From an uncultured Erythrobacter sp. (GTDB lineage Bacteria; Pseudomonadota; Alphaproteobacteria; Sphingomonadales; Sphingomonadaceae): DNA of 64,000 nucleotides. Made by a program: the position numbers and the translations under genes. This document shows positions 57,762-64,000 of this stretch, piece after piece. The stretch is from NCBI GenBank assembly GCA_947488155.1, contig CANKYK010000001.1:1194439-1258438 (forward strand). The letters run 5' to 3'. The first letter of the stretch is position 1. Each line of letters begins with the position of its first letter. The notes below the pieces were generated by a model. It was not told where the DNA came from. It made no database searches and saw nothing but the letters and a program-made list of their open reading frames with translations.

Positions 57762-60700
57762 ATGACTGAACAGCGAGATTACAAGGACACCGTCTTCCTG
57801 CCGAAGACCGCGTTTCCGATGAAAGCCGGCCTGCCGCAGAAGGAGCCGGGCATTCTCGCGCGTTGGCAGGATGCGAACCTGTACCGCACCATGCGCGACA
57901 CCCGCGCGGGGCGCGAGAAGTTCATCCTGCATGATGGCCCGCCCTATGCCAATGGCGACATGCATATCGGCCATGCGCTGAACCATATCCTGAAAGACAT
58001 GGTGTGCCGCACGCAAAACCTGATGGGCAAGGATGCGCCCTATGTGCCGGGCTGGGATTGCCACGGCCTTCCAATCGAGTGGAAGGTTGAAGAGCTGTAC
58101 CGCAAGAAAAAGAAGAACAAGGACGAGGTTCCACCAAAGGAATTCCGCGCCGAATGCCGCGCCTATGCCCAGAAATGGGTCGATGCCCAGCGTGAGCAGC
58201 TGAAACGCCTTGGTATTATGGGTGATTGGGACAATCCGTACCTCACTATGGACCCTCAGGCAGAGGGCACGATTGTCGCCGAACTGATGAAGTTTGTGGA
58301 GACTGGCAACCTCTATCGCGGGTCGAAGCCGATCATGTGGAGCCCGGTTGAAAAGACCGCTCTGGCCGAGGCGGAGGTCGAATATGAGGACCTGACCGAC
58401 AGCCCACAGATTGATGTGGCGTTTGAATTCGTAGACGGCCCGCCGGAATTGGGCGAGTTTGCCTATGCAGTCATCTGGACGACAACGCCATGGACGATAC
58501 CTGTCAATCAGGCGCTCGCTTACGGCCCGGACATAGACTACGTCGCCTTGTACCCACGCATCGAGCTAGCCTTCGACGAATTGGCGGACGACGCCGTTCG
58601 TGAGGTGGGTAAGCAACTGAACGCTCATCCCGTTTATGGCCAGTTGGACGGCGGGGTGTCCTTTGTCGTCGCCAAGGATTTGGTCGCCGATTTCACTCAC
58701 CGTCTTCGAAAATCGGTTGAGCTTGCCCTTGGATCTCAAGGGCTCGAACTAACTTTCGAGGAGGGTGCGAGCTTTAAGGGCTCCCACTTGGCTGGAACCA
58801 AAGTTCGTCACCCGATGCACGGACTCAAAAAGGTGAATGTCGGCACTGAGGGCTTCTTCGCCACGCCCCGCCCGTTCCTCGCAGGTGACTTCGTCACCAC
58901 TGAAAGCGGCACCGGCCTTGTCCATATGTCGCCTGACCATGGTGAAGACGATTTCGACCTGTGCAAAGCGAACGGCATCAACCCCGTTTTCGCGGTGATG
59001 GACGATGGCCGGTACCGCGACGATTGGCCGTGGCTCGGCGCGGATGACCTGGATGCGGATGGCAAGGCGCGACGCCGCGCCGTTATCAACAAACCGTTCA
59101 ATGCGCCCGATGGCCCGATCTGCAACGACCTGCGCGAAGCGGGCGCGTTGCTTAGCGCTTCGGCCGATTACGCGCACTCCTATCCGCATTCCTGGCGCTC
59201 CAAAGCCAAGGTGATCTATCGCTGCACGCCGCAATGGTTTGTGCCGATGGACAAGGTTTTGGAGCCATTGTCTTCACTGCATTCTGCGCCTTTAGAAGAC
59301 TTGGACGCCGCCGTGGGCAGCGCACTGCCCAAGGGTGAAGGCGACACTTTGCGCGCCCGCGCCATGTCGGAAATTGAGCGGGTGAACTTCGTCCCCCCCA
59401 AGGGCCAGAACCGCATCGGCTCCATGGTCGAGGGGCGCCCAGATTGGGTGCTCAGCCGCCAGCGCGCCTGGGGTGTGCCAATCACGCTCTTCGTGCGCCC
59501 CGATGGCACCTATCTGCAAGACCCGGAAGTGAACGCACGCATTGTCGCCGCTGTCACCGCAGAAGGCGTCGATGCTTGGGAAGAGGCCCGCAAGGCCGAG
59601 TTCCTCGGGGCCAATCACAACCCGGATGACTATGAAATGGTCACCGATATTCTGGATGTGTGGTTCGACAGCGGCTGCACCCATGCATTTGTGCTGGAAT
59701 CGGACCGCTGGCCGGATCTGACCTGGCCTGCGAACCTCTATCTCGAAGGCAGCGACCAGCACCGCGGGTGGTTCCAATCCTCCTTGCTGGAAAGCTGCGC
59801 CACACGCGGCCGCGCGCCCTATGACGAAGTGCTGACCCATGGCTTCACCATGGACAAGGCCGGCAAGAAAATGTCGAAATCGCTCGGCAACACCATCGAT
59901 CCGCTGAAGGTCATGGAGCAATATGGCGCGGATATCATCCGGCTGTGGGCGCTCAGCGTGGACTTCACCGAAGACCACCGGATTGGCGATGAAATCCTGA
60001 AAGGCGTGGGCGATCAATACCGCCGCCTGCGCAACACATTCCGCTATATGCTCGGCGCGCTTGATGGCTTTGTCGGCGATATGTCGGATGGCAGCGAAAT
60101 CCCTGAGTTGGAGATCTATGTCCTCTCGCTGCTGGGTGATCTCGACGCCAAGCTGCGCAAGGCGGCGGAAGAATACGACTTTAACAGCTACACCCGCCTG
60201 TTGGTCGATTTCTGCAACGAAGACCTCTCGGCCTTCTTCTTCGATATTCGCAAAGACACGCTCTATTGCGACGGCGAAAACTCGACTCGCCGGACCGCCT
60301 ATCGCACAGTGCTCGACCTGCTGTTCCACGCTTTGGTCCGCTATGCCGCGCCAGTGCTGGTCTACACCGCCGAGGAAGTGTGGCAGAGCCGCTATCCCGA
60401 AGATGGCGAGCCAGATGAAGACGGAAATGTCGGCAGCGTGCACTTGCTCGAATGGCCGAGCATTCCGACTGTGCCTGCCGACACCGGCAAATGGGAAGCC
60501 CTGCGGGCTCTGCGCGAACGCGTGACCGAAGCAATTGAGCCCTTGCGGCGAGAAAAGACCATCCGCTCCAGCCTGGAGGCCGAGGTAACCGTGCCCGCCA
60601 GCGCGGTGCCGGAAGGCGTGAGCGACGAAGAGCTTGCCGAATTGTTCATCACTGCGACAGTCAGCCGCAGCCAAGGGGACGAAGTGACCGTCGTCAAAAC

Positions 60701-60812
60701 ATCCCACGCGAAATGCGGGCGCTGCTGGCGCCTGCTGCCTGACGTGCCTGAGGAAGGCGCGCTGTGCGGACGCTGTGATGACGTGATTGCTGATCTGGAC
60801 GCTGCCTCATGA
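57762..60812 (+). CDS. ileS: Isoleucine--tRNA ligase
   Basis: HIGH-type motif (PYANGDMHIGHALN), KMSKS (KKMSKSLGN) and a C-terminal zinc-finger CxxC pair. Confidence 0.97.
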   Translation: MTEQRDYKDTVFLPKTAFPMKAGLPQKEPGILARWQDANLYRTMRDTRAGREKFILHDGPPYANGDMHIGHALNHILKDMVCRTQNLMGKDAPYVPGWDCHGLPIEWKVEELYRKKKKNKDEVPPKEFRAECRAYAQKWVDAQREQLKRLGIMGDWDNPYLTMDPQAEGTIVAELMKFVETGNLYRGSKPIMWSPVEKTALAEAEVEYEDLTDSPQIDVAFEFVDGPPELGEFAYAVIWTTTPWTIPVNQALAYGPDIDYVALYPRIELAFDELADDAVREVGKQLNAHPVYGQLDGGVSFVVAKDLVADFTHRLRKSVELALGSQGLELTFEEGASFKGSHLAGTKVRHPMHGLKKVNVGTEGFFATPRPFLAGDFVTTESGTGLVHMSPDHGEDDFDLCKANGINPVFAVMDDGRYRDDWPWLGADDLDADGKARRRAVINKPFNAPDGPICNDLREAGALLSASADYAHSYPHSWRSKAKVIYRCTPQWFVPMDKVLEPLSSLHSAPLEDLDAAVGSALPKGEGDTLRARAMSEIERVNFVPPKGQNRIGSMVEGRPDWVLSRQRAWGVPITLFVRPDGTYLQDPEVNARIVAAVTAEGVDAWEEARKAEFLGANHNPDDYEMVTDILDVWFDSGCTHAFVLESDRWPDLTWPANLYLEGSDQHRGWFQSSLLESCATRGRAPYDEVLTHGFTMDKAGKKMSKSLGNTIDPLKVMEQYGADIIRLWALSVDFTEDHRIGDEILKGVGDQYRRLRNTFRYMLGALDGFVGDMSDGSEIPELEIYVLSLLGDLDAKLRKAAEEYDFNSYTRLLVDFCNEDLSAFFFDIRKDTLYCDGENSTRRTAYRTVLDLLFHALVRYAAPVLVYTAEEVWQSRYPEDGEPDEDGNVGSVHLLEWPSIPTVPADTGKWEALRALRERVTEAIEPLRREKTIRSSLEAEVTVPASAVPEGVSDEELAELFITATVSRSQGDEVTVVKTSHAKCGRCWRLLPDVPEEGALCGRCDDVIADLDAAS

Positions 60813-61360
60813 GCGGCCTGTTCACCCGCAACCGGATAATCGGCCTGGTGCTGGCGATCATCATCGCGGGCGTGGATCAGTTGATCAAATGGTATGTGAT
60901 CGGCCCGCTGGCCTTGCGCGAGGTGCGCAATATAGAGCTGCTGCCGTTTTTCGACCTCACCTATGTCGAGAACCGCGGCGTCTCGCTCGGGATGTTACAG
61001 GCCGACAGTATGGAAATGCGCTGGGCGCTGGTCGGGATGACCGCGCTGATCGCGCTGGTCGTGCTGATCTGGATCATGCGAGAGCGGCTGATGGGGGACA
61101 TCATTGGCCTGGCCATGATCCTGGGCGGAGCCATCGGAAACATCCGCGACCGTTATGAATTTGGCTATGTGATCGATTATGCCGATTTGCATATCGGCAC
61201 GTTTCGCCCCTTCCTTGTTTTCAACGTCGCCGATGCCGCTATCACCATCGGCGTGGTCTTAATCCTTATTCGCAGCTTTTTTGCGAGCGATAAGAGTGAT
61301 ACAGAAACCGCTGAAGAGCCAGTCGGCGAGCTTAACGCTGAGCGGCCAGCTGAGAATTGA
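60809..61360 (+). CDS. lspA: Lipoprotein signal peptidase II
   Basis: 183-aa membrane protein. It overlaps the ileS stop (ATGA) and has the conserved NRGVSLG and FNVAD motifs. Confidence 0.92.
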   Translation: MSGLFTRNRIIGLVLAIIIAGVDQLIKWYVIGPLALREVRNIELLPFFDLTYVENRGVSLGMLQADSMEMRWALVGMTALIALVVLIWIMRERLMGDIIGLAMILGGAIGNIRDRYEFGYVIDYADLHIGTFRPFLVFNVADAAITIGVVLILIRSFFASDKSDTETAEEPVGELNAERPAEN

Positions 61361-61374
61361 CTCGGAGATTTGCA

Positions 61375-61785
61375 ATGCGTGCCTACAAAACTGCCATCCT
61401 TCTGATTTCGACCAGTGCCATGCTGGGCGCGTGCGGAGGCTCGGGCATTTTCAACCGCGATCGGCCTGATGAATTCGCCGTCCAGCGCCAGGCACCATTG
61501 GTGGTTCCGCCAGATTTCAACCTTGCGCCGCCTGCGCCGGGCGCGCCGCGTCCAGCCGAAGGCACCGCCTCTGAGCAAGCGCTGGAAGCCATCTTTGGCG
61601 GTCCTGCTGCACGCAGCCAGGTGGAAACCAGCGCGCTTGACCGCGCCGGAGCCGCCGCACCGGGCATCCGTTCACAAGTGGGCGATGAAGGCACCAATAC
61701 AGTCGCCAAGGGACGCGTGACGCGGGATATTATCGCTGCGCCAGAGGGCGACGGCGCGTCGGCTCAGACGGTCGTACCGGGCTGA
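61375..61785 (+). CDS. DUF3035-like lipoprotein
   Basis: The start is trimmed to ATG at 61375 with a GGAG Shine-Dalgarno sequence. Lipobox LGAC; RDRPDEFAVQRQAPLVVPPDFNL resembles DUF3035. Confidence 0.7.
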   Translation: MRAYKTAILLISTSAMLGACGGSGIFNRDRPDEFAVQRQAPLVVPPDFNLAPPAPGAPRPAEGTASEQALEAIFGGPAARSQVETSALDRAGAAAPGIRSQVGDEGTNTVAKGRVTRDIIAAPEGDGASAQTVVPG

Positions 61786-63083
61786 GCCTCCGCTTCCTTA
61801 CGCACCAGAATCTTGCTGATCCGGCGGCGGTGCATTGTCACAACTTCAAAACGCCAGCCTTGGTCGCTGAACATGTCGCCCGCGACCGGTAAGCGTTTGA
61901 GCACTGACAGGACATAGCCCGCGGCTGTGCCGAATTCGCGGCTGTCATCATAGTCCAAGCCAAGCCGGTCAGCCAAAGCATCCGCTGAGATCGCGCCGGA
62001 AATGATCAGAGAGCCATCGGGCCGCTCGATCAGATCAGGCTCATCGCCTTCGTCCTTGTCGCTCACAAAATTGCCAGCCATTGCGGTGAGCAAGTCGACC
62101 GGCGTTACGATGCCGTCGAGATGGCCGTATTCGTCATGTACCATGGCGAGCGCAATATCCGCCTGCTGAAGAACCCGCAGGGCATCCATTGCGTCAAGCT
62201 GATCCGGCACAACCTCCGCCTTGCGCATCATATCCTTAAGCGAGACTTCTTCTCCGGCCACCATCTTGGCTAGAACTTCGCGCACTTTCACCACGCCCAG
62301 CACATTGTCGGGCGAGCCGTCGGCGATCGGCAGCAGCGAGTGCGGACTGTCTTCAATCGCGGCCTTGATCGCCTTTTCATCCGCGCCGATATCAATCCAG
62401 TCGAGCTCTGTACGCGGCGTCATCATTTCGCGCACAGGCCGCTCGGCCAGGCGCACAACGCCGGTCAGAATTTGATGCTGCTCCGCCTCGATCACGCCGG
62501 ACCGAGTCGCATCAGCGAAAATCATCTGCAATTCCTCAGCGGTCACCGAATTGGAGCTGCCCTTGCGAATGCCGAACAGGCGGATGATCCCGGCGGACGA
62601 TTTATCCAGCAACCAGACCAGCGGGGCGGCGATCTGAGCGATCAAGGCCATAGGCCGCGCCATAACCAGCGCGATTGGCACCGAGGATCGCAGCGCCAGC
62701 TGCTTTGGCACCAACTCCCCGATCACCAGGCTGAGATAGGTGGTCACCGCAATCGCAATGCCAAACCCGACATCACCGGCCATGTCTGCGGGCACACCCA
62801 TTGGGACCAGACGCTCACCCAGAGGCTCCTCCAGGCTGGCCCCGGAATACGCCCCGGTGATAATCGCCACCAAAGTGATGCCGATCTGCACGGTGGACAA
62901 GAATTTGCCCGGATCAGCCGCCAGCTCCAGCGCGGTCTTGGCCGCCGAAGATCCGTCCTCCGCCTTCGCCTTAAGGCGCGCGGTCTTCGCCGAAACAATC
63001 GCAAGCTCTGACATGGCGAATACGCCATTGAGCACGATCAATCCAAAAATGATGAACAGGTCTGGCCAAGGAAAGGGGGTCAC
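61764..63083 (-). CDS. HlyC/CorC-family (CNNM/TlyC-like) membrane protein with CBS pair
   Basis: N-terminal DUF21 TM domain (NGVFAMSELAIVS), a CBS pair and a C-terminal CorC_HlyC module. GTG start. Confidence 0.85.
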   Translation of the reverse strand: MTPFPWPDLFIIFGLIVLNGVFAMSELAIVSAKTARLKAKAEDGSSAAKTALELAADPGKFLSTVQIGITLVAIITGAYSGASLEEPLGERLVPMGVPADMAGDVGFGIAIAVTTYLSLVIGELVPKQLALRSSVPIALVMARPMALIAQIAAPLVWLLDKSSAGIIRLFGIRKGSSNSVTAEELQMIFADATRSGVIEAEQHQILTGVVRLAERPVREMMTPRTELDWIDIGADEKAIKAAIEDSPHSLLPIADGSPDNVLGVVKVREVLAKMVAGEEVSLKDMMRKAEVVPDQLDAMDALRVLQQADIALAMVHDEYGHLDGIVTPVDLLTAMAGNFVSDKDEGDEPDLIERPDGSLIISGAISADALADRLGLDYDDSREFGTAAGYVLSVLKRLPVAGDMFSDQGWRFEVVTMHRRRISKILVRKEAEAQPGTTV

Positions 63084-63306
63084 ACCCTATTCGCTAGCAC
63101 AATTGTTCGGCCTTGCCAGCCGGTCTCGTATCCATGCGCTCAAAAACCGCTGCCGCGATCTATGGTTTACAAGAATTAGCCTTATTCAGCTTGCCGAAAA
63201 GCAGGCCAAGGCACATGCACGCCAGATCAGCGCAGCTTTGGGCGCTGACACTTGCGCGCGAAGCACGATCTGTGCGAGCTTTGAGCCGTCGAGGAGGACA
63301 ACGACA

Positions 63307-64000
63307 ATGAAAACAGCAAGAATTTTCCTATCGAGCACAGCGGCCATCGCGCTGCTCGGCACCAGCGCCTGTGTCACGGACCCTAACACCGGACAGCAAA
63401 AGGTCTCGCGAACCGGTATTGGTGCGGTTCTGGGCGGCACTTTGGGCTATTTGCTCGGCGGCGTGGTCGGCGGCGATACGGCCCGCATCATTGGCGCAGG
63501 CATTGGCGGTTCTGCCGGCGCGGTTTTCGGCAAGCAATTTGACGACCAGATCAAGGAACTTGACGAGCAAACCGCAGGCAGCGGCGTTGATGTCGAAGAG
63601 ATCGGCGATCAAGACGCGATTCTGGTGCGCCTGCCAGATGGTGTCACCTTCGCCAGCGGATCGGCCGATATCAATCCCGGGTTCTACGACACGCTCAACA
63701 CCGTGGCCGACAGCCTGATCAAATATCCCAACAGCCTGGTCGATGTTTATGGCTTTACCGACACCACCGGCTCGAATGCACTGAACCAGCGCCTGTCAGA
63801 ACAGCGCGCACAGGTGGTTGCCGATTACCTTGGGTCGCGCGGTGTTGCGCGCAGCCGGATGGCAACCCAGGGCTTTGGTGAAAGCTATGATTATCTGCGC
63901 GTGAAGACCGGCGATAACGTCAACGAGCCGCTGAACCGCCGGGTCGAGATCAAGATCGTACCGATCAGCCAAGACGACGTGAACGCGGCCCGCGCTGGCT
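63307..64000 (+). CDS. OmpA-family lipoprotein (partial; 3' end beyond the window)
   Basis: Not in the ORF track because there is no stop. ATG at 63307 follows GGAGGA. It has a lipobox (LLGTSAC), a glycine-zipper segment and an OmpA-like domain (FASGSADI...VYGFTDTTGS...NQRLSEQRA...NRRVEI). Confidence 0.85.
   Translation, partial: MKTARIFLSSTAAIALLGTSACVTDPNTGQQKVSRTGIGAVLGGTLGYLLGGVVGGDTARIIGAGIGGSAGAVFGKQFDDQIKELDEQTAGSGVDVEEIGDQDAILVRLPDGVTFASGSADINPGFYDTLNTVADSLIKYPNSLVDVYGFTDTTGSNALNQRLSEQRAQVVADYLGSRGVARSRMATQGFGESYDYLRVKTGDNVNEPLNRRVEIKIVPISQDDVNAARAG

Noticed and set aside
1-64000. A search for CRISPR arrays, rRNA genes, IS transposases, toxin-antitoxin pairs or recognisable defence systems.
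   Set aside because: I saw no regularly spaced repeat arrays, rRNA-like stretches or transposase-like ORFs. The only mobility genes are the three recombinases reported above.

Overview
This window looks like an alphaproteobacterial (Sphingomonadales-like, by inference) chromosome segment. GC-rich housekeeping DNA lies at both ends: 1-10.3 kb (pepN, an SDR-fold protein, an EamA transporter, threonine aldolase, a YdbS/YdbT PH-domain pair, acyl-CoA dehydrogenase, an SDR) and 53.4-64 kb (tRNA-Thr, gpmA, purE, purK, folA, ribF, ileS, lspA, a CorC/HlyC-type protein, an OmpA-type protein). Between them sits about 43 kb of visibly more AT-rich DNA (about 10.3-53.4 kb), which I interpret as a composite genomic island next to the 3' end of tRNA-Thr(GGU). 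The left sub-element (10.3-18.3 kb) carries a ParB-domain/DNA-methyltransferase fusion, a DUF5681 protein, an XRE regulator, miscellaneous cargo and two tandem overlapping tyrosine integrases. The right sub-element (18.3-53.4 kb) ends in a DUF2924 protein plus a large serine recombinase facing the tRNA. Its cargo is an unusually complete nucleotide/nucleoside-to-central-metabolism pathway: a TonB-dependent receptor, a PhoD phosphoesterase, a NupC transporter, a secreted HAD phosphatase, adenosine kinase, AMP nucleosidase, an adenine/adenosine deaminase, XdhABC, PuuD urate oxidase, HiuH, UraD, PuuE, allantoicase, urease UreDABCEFG with HupE/UreJ, ureidoglycolate lyase, transketolase, transaldolase and malate synthase G. 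A LacI-family regulator is encoded in the block. A palindrome, TTAAACGTTTAA, recurs in five of its regulatory regions (three perfect copies and two degenerate ones), which suggests a single island-borne regulon. Other observations: an apparent frameshift in a T5 run in the phosphoribosyltransferase gene; phased ACGGGAATT repeats at the left island end; a perfect 26-bp inverted repeat carrying a G-quadruplex motif upstream of gpmA, with a second copy at about 6.0 kb; and a gpmA whose conserved N-terminus aligns to an ATC codon. No CRISPR array, rRNA gene or transposase was seen. All calls come from reading the translations and motifs. No database search or computation was run, so family names are recognition-based.
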